From IMG/VR virus record IMGVR_UViG_3300013126_000009: DNA of 64,000 bases. One strand, 5' to 3'. Under the pieces are notes generated by a model. The model was not told where the DNA came from. It made no database searches and saw only the letters and a program-made list of their open reading frames with translations. Of the stretch, positions 1 through 9,020 are shown one piece after another. Numbering within the stretch: position 1 is the stretch's first letter; each line of letters opens with the position of its first letter. The position numbers were made by a program, and so were the translations under genes. This DNA is from a virus. Lineage: Duplodnaviria > Heunggongvirae > Uroviricota > Caudoviricetes.

Positions 1-162
1 TAACTAGAATATATACACACCTTTTGGTAACTAATTGGTTTTAATATGGTTACAGAGCCATTTTCTTAAAAAAGTTAAAGATTTAAAAAGAAATCTTATA
101 ATTGGTTTGGTAGTTTGAAAATGTTTTTTTACCTTTACCAACGAATCAAAACACAACACACA

Positions 163-276
163 ATGAAAAACTTTGAAGATTGGAAAGTGAGCAGAAGTAA
201 CGCAGATGCTGACGCAAATAAAATGCTTATCATATATATGGTTATAGCGTTTGCCGTTGCCGCTTTTTGCGCATAA
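163..276 (+). CDS. Small membrane peptide (37 aa; not in ORF track)
   Basis: ATG after a promoter and A-rich leader; MKNFEDWK...IIYMVIAFAVAAFCA with a hydrophobic C-terminus. Confidence 0.6.
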   Translation: MKNFEDWKVSRSNADADANKMLIIYMVIAFAVAAFCA

Positions 277-341
277 AATAATTTGGTGGTTACGAATTAA
301 TTACTTACCTTTATACCATAATCTTTAAACAACAAAAACAA

Positions 342-758
342 ATGAAAAAAAGTACTTTTATCCTAATCGGAATGTTGCTAACAGTATTGGCAATTGCAGT
401 TACAAGTTGTAGTAAAGTCGATAGAATACAAAAAGCTAAAGACAATACATTTACCGTGATTGAATCGTCAAAAACTGCACCAACAATCATTCAACAAGTT
501 GGCATTGATGGTAAACTTGTAATATATGACCTAAAATATGAAGGTAGAACATATATAATTGCAGAATCACCAAGAGGTCTTACAATTACCGAACACGAAC
601 CAAAGGTCAAACAAATGGTGAATATGGATAGCGTTGTAACCAACAGTAAATGGATTCCCGAATATACGATGCTCGGATATACACAAGCGCAACCAACAAA
701 GCAAAGTCTTGAAAGTTATTATAATCCCGAAAAAAGACCAATGCCCATTGGCTCATAA
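342..758 (+). CDS. Putative lipoprotein
   Basis: Signal peptide ending in lipobox-like AVTS-C; own promoter. Confidence 0.65.
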   Translation: MKKSTFILIGMLLTVLAIAVTSCSKVDRIQKAKDNTFTVIESSKTAPTIIQQVGIDGKLVIYDLKYEGRTYIIAESPRGLTITEHEPKVKQMVNMDSVVTNSKWIPEYTMLGYTQAQPTKQSLESYYNPEKRPMPIGS

Positions 759-785
759 AAATATATTGTGTTGTTTTAGTTTGGG

Positions 786-819
786 AAAATCCCTTGACCT
801 TATTAGGTTGGGGATTTTT
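786..819 (+). terminator. Intrinsic terminator
   Basis: aaaatccc...ggggattttt stem with T tail. Confidence 0.7.
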
Positions 820-888
820 CTTTTATTTTAATTTGCATAATTAAAAATCTTTTATTACCTTTATACCATAATCTTAAAACAAGAAACA

Positions 889-1068
889 ATGGAAGGTCAA
901 GCATTTACACCCGAAGAAGCATTGGAATATCAATGCCTTAAATCACTCCTATTCAAAGGAAATATGTTCGTGATATTCACACCCGAAGAAGAAAATTCAA
1001 AGGAATACAAACGATATGACGAACTGAATAAGAAAAAACTTAATTGGTTCAGAAAAAACTTTGCGTGA
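889..1068 (+). CDS. Hypothetical protein (59 aa; not in ORF track)
   Basis: ATG after promoter 832-863; its stop overlaps the next ATG (TGATG). Confidence 0.65.
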   Translation: MEGQAFTPEEALEYQCLKSLLFKGNMFVIFTPEEENSKEYKRYDELNKKKLNWFRKNFA

Positions 1069-1319
1069 TGTGTCTATCAAAATTATTCAAACATCAATGT
1101 AGGTTCACTAAACCTATCGTATCCAAATATCTTAGCTTCAATCATCGAAACATCATTTATGAATGTAAATGTGGTAAACGAAAAAACTTTATCGTAGGTG
1201 GGGCAAATTACAATTTTCCAATCGCAACCGCAAATCTAATTACCAACAAAGAGTTTAATGACATATTAAATGGTGATGAGGTTGATTATTATCAAAGATT
1301 TCAAAAACCATTTGCATAA
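1068..1319 (+). CDS. Hypothetical protein with Cys/His (CxCG) motif
   Basis: Start reassigned to the coupled ATG at 1068; H-x-C ... CKCG. Confidence 0.6.
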   Translation: MCLSKLFKHQCRFTKPIVSKYLSFNHRNIIYECKCGKRKNFIVGGANYNFPIATANLITNKEFNDILNGDEVDYYQRFQKPFA

Positions 1320-1366
1320 TTAAAATCTTTTTCATACCTTTACATTCGTAATCAAAATTCAGATAT

Positions 1367-1546
1367 ATGAAAAGTTTAAAACCTTATGGACACACAATCA
1401 AATGGATATTGATTTTAGTTCCATTACTATTATCACCATTTGTGTTCAATCACGTTAACCCTTGGATTGGTATCGTTTGGGTTATCCTATCCATTGTATT
1501 CTTAACCCAACAAATAATCAAATCATTAACCAATAAAAACAATTAA
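1367..1546 (+). CDS. Small two-TM membrane protein preceding the SPFH gene (not in ORF track)
   Basis: Two hydrophobic segments around FNHVNPWIG; own promoter. Confidence 0.65.
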   Translation: MKSLKPYGHTIKWILILVPLLLSPFVFNHVNPWIGIVWVILSIVFLTQQIIKSLTNKNN

Positions 1547-1552
1547 AAAACA

Positions 1553-2347
1553 ATGAAACAAATTTTTAACATTCTAATCGCAATCGTTGCCGTTGTATCA
1601 ATCTCATCGTGTAGCCGTGTTGCACCAAACCATCAAGGTGTCCTTATGCAGAATTTTGGACAGAACGGTAAAAGTGATTATTCACTCGTAAAAGGTAGAA
1701 TTTGGACAGTAGCACCAGGTATGGAACTATTCCAAGTACCACTTTATGACCAACGTGGTGGCTTTAGTCAACCATTGGTTCTGAAAGCCTCCAACAATAC
1801 ACAATTCACCGCAAGACCAACATATAGCTATAAAGCTATTGAAGAAAGATGTATTGACATCGCTTTTGCAGGTAGCCGATTAGATGGTAATAGTGATGGT
1901 ATGTTGGACGCTATTGAAGATAACATTCTTGAACCGCGTATTGATGACCTTATTAAAGAATTTTCAAGAGCATATCATACAGATAGTCTTATGGCAACAG
2001 GTGGACAATAAGCATTTGAAAAAGCATTGGAAATTGAAGTAGCCAAAGAATTTGAAGAAGTAGGTTTTCAACTGCGAACCTTTCAAGCACAACTTGAATT
2101 TACCGCCAAAGTAAGTGATAAAATCGACACCCGAAACGAAGTAGATGCAAATATCAGCGTACTCGAATCAAAAATCTTGGAACAGAAAAAAGCCAACGAA
2201 CTTGAACGATTGAAAACTGAACAAGCACTTATCAGGTCTAAAGGTCTTACACCCGAAATTCTACAAGCTATGGCTATCGAAAAATGGGATGGTAAAATCA
2301 ATGGTACTTACGCAAGCGGACAAATACCTTTCGTCCTAACAAAGTAA
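1553..2347 (+). pseudogene. SPFH/Band-7 family lipoprotein interrupted by one in-frame TAA at 2009-2011
   Basis: Lipobox SISS-C; SPFH-like N-terminus; C-terminal coiled coil and LTPEILQ..AIEKWDG; both ORFs are in the same frame. Confidence 0.75.
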
Positions 2348-2368
2348 GATAAACCATATATCTGAATT

Positions 2369-2404
2369 AAAATGGAACTATCATTTGGTAGTTCCATTTT
2401 TTTT
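2369..2404 (+). terminator. Intrinsic terminator overlapping the next promoter
   Basis: aaaatggaacta-tcatttgg-tagttccatttttttt; the loop/3' arm carries the -33 TTTG. Confidence 0.7.
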
Positions 2405-2444
2405 ATTTAACTTTACCCACGTAATCAAATTAAATATAGATACC

Positions 2445-3083
2445 GTGAAAAAGAAAGCAAAGGTAATCATTCTACAAACCGATAATAAATCAGGTACTAT
2501 TTGGAAAACAACAAATGGTCAACTTATTCACACTCATGTAAGTGGTGAATACAAAGAGAAGTATCAACCATTCAATTTATACATCGTCACAGATGATGAG
2601 ATAAAAGAGGGTGATTATTGTATTGAGGATATTGGAGGAGCAGTATTTGGACCTTATTCAAAAGGAGATGTAGTGGAAAATCCTAAAAAGATTATCGCTA
2701 CAACTGACCCTGATTTGTATTATACTCAACAGAATGGGCATCTTGGACAGGCTATCATTCAAATACCTCAAATTCCACAATCATTCATCGAAAAATATTG
2801 TAGGAAAGGGAGTATTGATGAAGTAGAAGTGGAGTATGAGAGAAGAGCTTTAAATGGAGAATGGAAAGATGTTCTTTTGCCTTCTGAATGGGGAAATATA
2901 GGAGAAAATCCTACTCGACCTAAAGTCAACTCACACAACGAAATCACTATTCATCCTATTAAGGACAGTTGGACGAGAGCGGAGGTTTACAAAATAGCAA
3001 AAGTCTCATATAGAATGGGCGCACAGAATCATGAAGATGCTACAATTGAAAGATTTGACGAATGGTTCAACGCTATTTGGTAG
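2445..3083 (+). CDS. Conserved-type hypothetical phage protein
   Basis: GTG start after promoter; KKIIATTD and IPQSFIEKY motifs recalled from Bacteroidota phage proteins. Confidence 0.6.
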   Translation: MKKKAKVIILQTDNKSGTIWKTTNGQLIHTHVSGEYKEKYQPFNLYIVTDDEIKEGDYCIEDIGGAVFGPYSKGDVVENPKKIIATTDPDLYYTQQNGHLGQAIIQIPQIPQSFIEKYCRKGSIDEVEVEYERRALNGEWKDVLLPSEWGNIGENPTRPKVNSHNEITIHPIKDSWTRAEVYKIAKVSYRMGAQNHEDATIERFDEWFNAIW

Positions 3084-3125
3084 TTCCATTTTTTTTCTTA
3101 CCTTTATACCATCAAACACAACGAA

Positions 3126-3317
3126 ATGGAAAAGACAAATTTCACGTTACCAAAAGAAGCAATATACACCGTACCAGCATCTCATGCGAATGAAATAACC
3201 AAAGACTATTATAATTTCTTGGTCGGTGAAATCAATAGAGGCACAATCAAAAGAGCGGTTTGTCGAATTGAGTCATTATTATTCGGCACTGTTTCATATC
3301 ATTTAATTAGCATTTAA
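3126..3317 (+). CDS. Hypothetical protein
   Basis: ORF with own promoter. Confidence 0.6.
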   Translation: MEKTNFTLPKEAIYTVPASHANEITKDYYNFLVGEINRGTIKRAVCRIESLLFGTVSYHLISI

Positions 3318-3398
3318 TTTGCATAATTAAAATCTTTTTCTTACCTTTATACCATCAAACAAAAACACAATGAAAATCATTTAAATAAGGTAATAAAA

Positions 3399-3524
3399 AT
3401 GAAAGAAAACAAAGAAAAAATAACTTGTACTAAGTGTGGAAGCAAAGGACATAAAGCGCACCGATGTCCAAAAGTTAATGCTGAGTTGCTTATGCAGATG
3501 ATTAAATTTAAACCTTTTTGGTGA
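3399..3524 (+). CDS. CCHC zinc-knuckle microprotein (41 aa; not in ORF track)
   Basis: CTKCGSKGHKAHRC = C-x2-C-x4-H-x4-C. Confidence 0.6.
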   Translation: MKENKEKITCTKCGSKGHKAHRCPKVNAELLMQMIKFKPFW

Positions 3525-3655
3525 ATTGAATCCCAATCAACAAACTAATTGCACCTAACATTTTAATATGTACACAATTGTGTACACAATACACCCCAAT
3601 TTGCACATATCAAAATCTTTTTGTATTTTTGCATAAACCTCTAAAACAATAATAA

Positions 3656-3871
3656 ATGCAAAATTTCTTAGAAACTCTATTCGGTGGCGTAATACTACTA
3701 CTAATGCTATTCGGGATAGCTATCGTAATGGCTGTACCAACATACCTAATTTGGAATTGGATTATGCCCGATATATTCACATCACTTCACGAAATTACTC
3801 TCGGTCAAGCACTCGGTCTGAATATGCTATCAGCCATACTATTCAAATCATCTTCAAACTCCAAAGACTAA
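3656..3871 (+). CDS. Small membrane protein
   Basis: Hydrophobic helices, WNWIMP...ITLGQALGL. Confidence 0.7.
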   Translation: MQNFLETLFGGVILLLMLFGIAIVMAVPTYLIWNWIMPDIFTSLHEITLGQALGLNMLSAILFKSSSNSKD

Positions 3872-3875
3872 CAAT

Positions 3876-4028
3876 ATGAAAGGTAGTCTGATTTTTTCTT
3901 GGGGTAAATATGGCGGATTCTACTATAAAAAAGGTAAATCAAGCACACGAATATGTTTAGGATATATCGCTATAACATATATGCCCGAAGATATTGATGA
4001 TGTATTTAAACGATTGCTGCAAAAGTAG
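3876..4028 (+). CDS. Hypothetical protein (50 aa; not in ORF track)
   Basis: Open frame MKGSLIFSWGKYGGFYY... directly after the upstream stop. Confidence 0.55.
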   Translation: MKGSLIFSWGKYGGFYYKKGKSSTRICLGYIAITYMPEDIDDVFKRLLQK

Positions 4029-4109
4029 TAAAAACTTTCATAAAAAAAAACTTGCACAGTAATTTTTTTCGCATTACATTTGTTGCCGTAATCTTAAAAC
4101 AACAACACA

Positions 4110-4652
4110 ATGAACAACTTACTTGACCTAATCGTTTCTTTCAGCAAAACAAACGGATGCACCTTTGTTCGTATCAAAGATTATACGAACGCACAAGGCG
4201 AAGTACAAGATGTTACAATCAACGTAGGCGTATCTTACGAAAACGCCAAAGCTAAGGACATCGAAACGCTCAAAACACTTGACGTTTCAGCATTGAACCA
4301 CAACTACGAAGGCATTGACAACATTTTGTTGGAAGAAGCAAGAGAAGAACTACTTGCCGCAGCTATCAAGCCAAACAAAGCTATGAGCAACGGTCAAAAA
4401 GACGCTTATACGCACCTTGTTAAAGGTATCAAAGTTCACAACGAAACAAAAGAACTTTACGTGTACGGAACAAAGGTAAACGGCACAAAGGTTGTTAAGA
4501 CCGAAGGCGAATATAAAGAAGATACTCGCAGACCTTTGACAATCGCTAAAGACATCATTCGCAAGGAACTACGAACCCCGAAATACCGTCAGTACAAAGT
4601 TAGCGAACTGAAAGCCGTAAACGCGAACGGGGCAACATTGGAACTCAACTAA
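4110..4652 (+). CDS. Conserved-type hypothetical phage protein
   Basis: 180-aa ORF with own promoter and downstream terminator. Confidence 0.75.
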   Translation: MNNLLDLIVSFSKTNGCTFVRIKDYTNAQGEVQDVTINVGVSYENAKAKDIETLKTLDVSALNHNYEGIDNILLEEAREELLAAAIKPNKAMSNGQKDAYTHLVKGIKVHNETKELYVYGTKVNGTKVVKTEGEYKEDTRRPLTIAKDIIRKELRTPKYRQYKVSELKAVNANGATLELN

Positions 4653-4674
4653 ACCCCAATAACAAAAAAAAATG

Positions 4675-4704
4675 AAACCTGCAAGAAATTGCAGGTTTTT
4701 TTTT
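4675..4704 (+). terminator. Intrinsic terminator ending the early cassette array
   Basis: aaacctgcaa-gaaa-ttgcaggttt followed by a T run. Confidence 0.8.
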
Positions 4705-5250
4705 ACCATAAAACGTATGCACGTTATTAAAGCCCTCTAAAGCACTCAATTTATTCAGATAGGTATTGATATGGTTAAAATAAGTTAGTGCATTAGACAC
4801 AATGTTATAGGTACCAGGGCTGGTATATCCCCTCCCTCCGTACCCCTCCCTCCCGTAAACCCTCTTACATACCCCCCTATACGTTGTTATATAGTGGGGG
4901 GCGATTACGTAAATAAAATTTTTGGGAGATTTTTGCAATATTTCAAAGGTCGCCTTTCCCTAAAATCGAAATGAATATCTTTTATGGGGGTGGCCTTAAA
5001 AATTTTTGGGAAAAAAATTTAAGGTGTGTATATATTGGTAAAATTTACTGATGGGTAAATTGGGTGGGTAAATAGATTACGTATATTGGTTTACGTTTTG
5101 TGTTTATTTTCGGTAAAATTGTAATGGATATAAAAAATGGGGGTGGGTTAAAAAAATTCCTGGAAAAAAATTTTGGTATTTTTTAGGTGTTTAAAAGGCT
5201 CTTTGGTCTGAATTGATTAACGATTCATATATTGGTAATATTTTCATTTG
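4705..5250. other. Non-coding convergence region with C/G tracts and A/T tracts
   Basis: cccctccctcc x2, CCCCCC...GGGGGG hairpin, aaaatttttggg x2; gene strands converge here. Confidence 0.5.
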
Positions 5251-5964
5251 TTATTTACTGAAGATGTTGTAGGTTTTACTAGCGGAGGTGATATTACCAT
5301 CAATATCTGTGGTCTTGGTAGTTTCAATTGCATACCCGACCAATTTATCACCCATTTCTTTGAACATATCGATTAACAGGTAAACGTTACCACTGGTATT
5401 GTCTTTATTTTTCATATTGTTAAGTACTTCACCCATTTCACGTCTTAGATTTTCGAAGGTATTCTTAATATCATTTGCGTTCCATTCTTTGCCGTCAACC
5501 ACCCCATCTTTAGCGTCAATCAGCATTGCTAATGATTGTGCGTCCACGTTGGTTTCATTTGCATACCCTAGCACTATGTTTAAGTATTCTGGGTCTATGT
5601 TTATTGGTTCACCACCTGCGGCCATACTAGCTGTTGATACCATAACTAATGCTACCATAACTGTAAGTATTACCAGTGCTTTAATTAGGTTTGGGTATTT
5701 ATCGTATAGGTTTTTAATTTTACCGATTATCCAATTTAACATTTTGCCTATTTTATTTCCGTATTTTTTTAGGTCATTAAAATAGCTTTTAAGTTTGTTA
5801 ACTGTTGTACCCACGAAATTAATTAATTTATCTTCCATACCTTCGTTAAGTTGTTTTAGATTATTGAAGAATTCGGATTCTGATATTATTCCGTTCATAT
5901 AAGCGTCTATTTTATATTCATCATTTGATGCTATAATGTTTTCGTATATCGGTAAAAGTTTCAT
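5251..5964 (-). CDS. Hypothetical protein with internal hydrophobic helix; putative virion/head protein
   Basis: MKLLPIYE leader, LNE motif, then a TM-like segment. Confidence 0.6.
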   Translation of the reverse strand: MKLLPIYENIIASNDEYKIDAYMNGIISESEFFNNLKQLNEGMEDKLINFVGTTVNKLKSYFNDLKKYGNKIGKMLNWIIGKIKNLYDKYPNLIKALVILTVMVALVMVSTASMAAGGEPINIDPEYLNIVLGYANETNVDAQSLAMLIDAKDGVVDGKEWNANDIKNTFENLRREMGEVLNNMKNKDNTSGNVYLLIDMFKEMGDKLVGYAIETTKTTDIDGNITSASKTYNIFSK

Positions 5965-5970
5965 TAATAA

Positions 5971-6546
5971 CTATAATAGTTTTTTGGATATATTCTTATA
6001 TTCAATAAGTTTTTTTCTTAATTGGGTTTTAATCGAGTTTGTTTCATTGGTTATTTTGGTATTGAGTTTATTGAACACATATCTATGGAAGTCATCGTAG
6101 GACATATTAGGTGCGATTGTCATTATTGGTGAGGTTCTGATTTCCAGATTCATATTAAGTGGTTTACCCAATATTTTAGCGGCCATATATCTATGGTGAC
6201 CATCTTCTAAGTAGAATCCTTTCTTATGTTCCTTATCTTCTCGGAATGTGACATCTATGGGTTCTGACAAGTTTATTTTTTCGGCCCATTTCTTTGGTGT
6301 GAGTCCGCTCTGTCGTATTTCCCATTTAACATTTTCCAAGTCATCTTTCCATTTAATCTTTAGTTTGTCTGGGGTTATTGTTGTTAAATCATCTTCTGAG
6401 AATCCGTGGGCCAATCGGTCCAATAGGTCGATGGGTATGCCACCGCTTCTCAATAGTTGTTCATCAGACTCGAACTTTGAAATGAATTTTTTAAGTTCTG
6501 GTATGAATTTCTCATCACTGATATTTAAACCTTTATATTTTATCAT
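5971..6546 (-). CDS. ParB/Srx-like domain protein
   Basis: PIDV...LEDGHHRYMAA motif. Confidence 0.65.
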   Translation of the reverse strand: MIKYKGLNISDEKFIPELKKFISKFESDEQLLRSGGIPIDLLDRLAHGFSEDDLTTITPDKLKIKWKDDLENVKWEIRQSGLTPKKWAEKINLSEPIDVTFREDKEHKKGFYLEDGHHRYMAAKILGKPLNMNLEIRTSPIMTIAPNMSYDDFHRYVFNKLNTKITNETNSIKTQLRKKLIEYKNISKKLL

Positions 6547-6578
6547 ATGATATCAATAATATTGGATGTTCATCTATA

Positions 6579-7627
6579 ATATTAGCTTTTTGGATATTTT
6601 TGAGTTTATCTATTTTTCTAATTTTTGTTTATCAATTAGGGTTGATGAATTGTGCAAATTCTCCACTTTCTAGTCCGTCTGGTGCTGCGTTTTTATTTAC
6701 ATATGAGAATTTTAGATTTTTATCACCGACTTTCATTGAGCATTGGATGTAGGTTATTTTTTCTAGGTTCAAGTTTTTAAATTCATATGCGTTTTCTATC
6801 GCGAAGATTTCTTGGGCTGCTTCTTGGTTTTCCATGTCAAGCAATCTTTTGGGCATTTTGGTTTCGGTTGAGGTTGGTGCTAGGCTGAATATGTAGTTAA
6901 CTTCATCTGGTGTGAGTTCAGCGATATCATCTTGATAATTGAGGAAGTATTTTGTTTTGCCTTTTTTAACACCTTCTCTTTTATTATAGATTGCTAATCG
7001 TTTGGTGCCAGTGGTCTGGTGTTGTTGGAATGGTGTACCTTCTATGTTTTCCCATCCTTGGCCTCTTGGGTCATTCGGGTCTATTTTGCCACCGTCTGAC
7101 CATTCAATTCCGTATTTATCATAGACTTTTTTGACGTCTGCGTCTTTATCGGCTTTATTTTTTATATTACCCCATTGGATTGTGAAGCTTTTGGTTGAAT
7201 AAATCTTAGATGGTATTGATTCACCTTTAATGGTTTTTTGTGCGAATGGATTTTTGAATGTTTTTCCGCTATCTTTTGCTGTTTTCCATTCTTCTGAGTT
7301 TACCATGTCAGTGAAGGCTCTGTTTCCTAATTTTCTGGCGATGTCTTCAAGGGTTGACATATCTTCATTTTTTATAGTAACGTTTGTTTTGACGTTATTT
7401 GTGTAACCGACAGTCATGAACCAACTATCATTTGGTTGGTATTTTGAGAACATTTTAAGCAATGTTTCAGGGTTATCTGTGGTTTCCCCTAGGAATTCTG
7501 CCATTGAGATTCTTTCTTCGGACAATAGGTTTTCTTCTTCATTGATGAAGAAACCTTTAGTTTGCAGGTAACGTTGTTCAGCTAATATATTAGCTTTTTG
7601 GATATTTTTGAGTTTATCTATTTTTCT
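6579..7627. repeat. 41-bp exact direct repeat (6579-6619 and 7587-7627)
   Basis: atattagctttttggatatttttgagtttatctatttttct; encodes RKIDKLKNIQKANI on the - strand. Confidence 0.9.
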
Positions 7628-7630
7628 CAT
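6632..7630 (-). CDS. Hypothetical protein with a leader ending in INE/LSE
   Basis: 332-aa ORF; ATATTTAT on the - strand at 7649-7656. Confidence 0.7.
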   Translation of the reverse strand: MRKIDKLKNIQKANILAEQRYLQTKGFFINEEENLLSEERISMAEFLGETTDNPETLLKMFSKYQPNDSWFMTVGYTNNVKTNVTIKNEDMSTLEDIARKLGNRAFTDMVNSEEWKTAKDSGKTFKNPFAQKTIKGESIPSKIYSTKSFTIQWGNIKNKADKDADVKKVYDKYGIEWSDGGKIDPNDPRGQGWENIEGTPFQQHQTTGTKRLAIYNKREGVKKGKTKYFLNYQDDIAELTPDEVNYIFSLAPTSTETKMPKRLLDMENQEAAQEIFAIENAYEFKNLNLEKITYIQCSMKVGDKNLKFSYVNKNAAPDGLESGEFAQFINPN

Positions 7631-7690
7631 AATAATAATTGTTTAATTATAAATATTGATTATTTTCTAAATGTTTGGTATATTTGTATT

Positions 7691-8146
7691 ATGGCAAATT
7701 ACAATTTTAAGGCTGACCTATCGATTGGTGAAGAGGGTGAATTGACTGTTTTGGTTGATTTGGAATCAATGGGTGCTAAATTCATTGATAATAACAAAGA
7801 TAATCAATATGATTTATTGGTTGAGCGGGGTGGTAAGTCACTGACCTATGAGATTAAAACTGATGTTTATTGTTTTCCTCAGTTTGACACTGGGAATATG
7901 TTCATAGAGTTTGAATCTAGGGAAAAGCCATCTGGTATTAGTGTGACCATTGCGGATTGGTTTGTAATGTATTATAAATATCTTAAGCAGATTTGGTATA
8001 TTAGGACTGATGATTTAAAAGCTTTGATAGCTAACAACACATTTTACATGACTGAGTTCAGTGGTGACCAGAATAGTAATACTAAGGGTTATTTAATACC
8101 GAGAGAAGATTATAAAAAACACTTTATTGTAAGGGGAGTGAGATGA
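7691..8146 (+). CDS. PD-(D/E)XK nuclease-fold protein
   Basis: GE...YDLLV...YEIKTD; start moved to 7691, behind promoter 7655-7686. Confidence 0.65.
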   Translation: MANYNFKADLSIGEEGELTVLVDLESMGAKFIDNNKDNQYDLLVERGGKSLTYEIKTDVYCFPQFDTGNMFIEFESREKPSGISVTIADWFVMYYKYLKQIWYIRTDDLKALIANNTFYMTEFSGDQNSNTKGYLIPREDYKKHFIVRGVR

Positions 8147-8397
8147 AATTAACAATTGAATTGGTACCGTCAACAGCATGGTACAGTAATGTGCGAAGTA
8201 ATGTTTCGAAAGAGGTTTGGGATATTATTCGAAAAAAGTCATATGCTAAGGCGAATTACAAATGTGAGGTTTGTGGTGATGTTGGGACTAATCAAGGTGT
8301 TGGTCATAAGGTTGAATGTCATGAGATATGGCATTATGATGATGATTCTCATACACAAACGTTGACTGGTTTAATTTCTTTATGTCCTATTTTATGA
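8143..8397 (+). pseudogene. C-terminally truncated HNH endonuclease
   Basis: CEVCG and ECHE present; ends at LCPIL, lacking the expected CH-x3-H. Confidence 0.6.
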
Positions 8398-8435
8398 ATT
8401 TGTTGGAACATATTCAGGATTTTTTGATTTGGTGT

Positions 8436-8798
8436 TTACTTATAGCTGTCTAATAGATTCTTAATTATTTGGTCAAATTTGGCTAAAGATTCTGTATCTA
8501 ATCCAGATATTGCGTTTTGACTTCTTAGGTCGTTTAGTACTGTTTTGGTTACTTTGATACTTGGTTGTTCGTATCTATCAGATTCCTTTGTTTTATAGAC
8601 GATAGGTTTTTTAGTGGTTTCTTTATTACCAGTTAATTGGTCATATAGTTCATCGATACCTATACTTACTTCGCCAGATTTCATACCTTTTAGTTTCATT
8701 ATAATTTTTTGGTCTGAGGTTAGTGTTATGTTGATATTTCTATCCTCTCTGGTGATGTTACTTTCACGTATTACGTCTTTATCCAATGATGTTGCCAT
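8436..8798 (-). CDS. Hypothetical protein
   Basis: ORF in a tightly packed - strand run. Confidence 0.65.
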   Translation of the reverse strand: MATSLDKDVIRESNITREDRNINITLTSDQKIIMKLKGMKSGEVSIGIDELYDQLTGNKETTKKPIVYKTKESDRYEQPSIKVTKTVLNDLRSQNAISGLDTESLAKFDQIIKNLLDSYK

Positions 8799-9001
8799 TA
8801 GTTAAGTTTTTTAGTTAAGTAATTTTTGATTCCATAGCCTAATGGTATTGGCCAAAGTATAATATTTGTAATTGTGCTAAGATGGTCTTTAAATGGGTTG
8901 TAATCACCACCATTTTGCAAAAACATTACATTTAAAATTATTACTAGTATTCCAATAATAAACCAAATTAAAAATGCGGTAATATAATATATTGTAACCA
9001 T
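8798..9001 (-). CDS. Small membrane protein
   Basis: Two hydrophobic segments. Confidence 0.6.
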   Translation of the reverse strand: MVTIYYITAFLIWFIIGILVIILNVMFLQNGGDYNPFKDHLSTITNIILWPIPLGYGIKNYLTKKLN

Positions 9002-9020
9002 AATGTTTATTTTTTTTTTG

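Larger units (their letters stand above)
106..4082 (+). promoter_or_regulatory. Array of nine Bacteroidota housekeeping-sigma (-33/-7) early promoters
   Basis: (T/C)TTG-N19/20-TAnnTTT[A/G] at 106-137, 282-313, 832-863, 1311-1342, 2384-2415, 3076-3106, 3318-3349, 3600-3631 and 4051-4082, each shortly upstream of a start codon. Confidence 0.85.

Noticed and set aside
4645-4938. 97-aa - strand ORF
   Set aside because: Runs through a terminator and low-complexity G/C tracts; no initiation context
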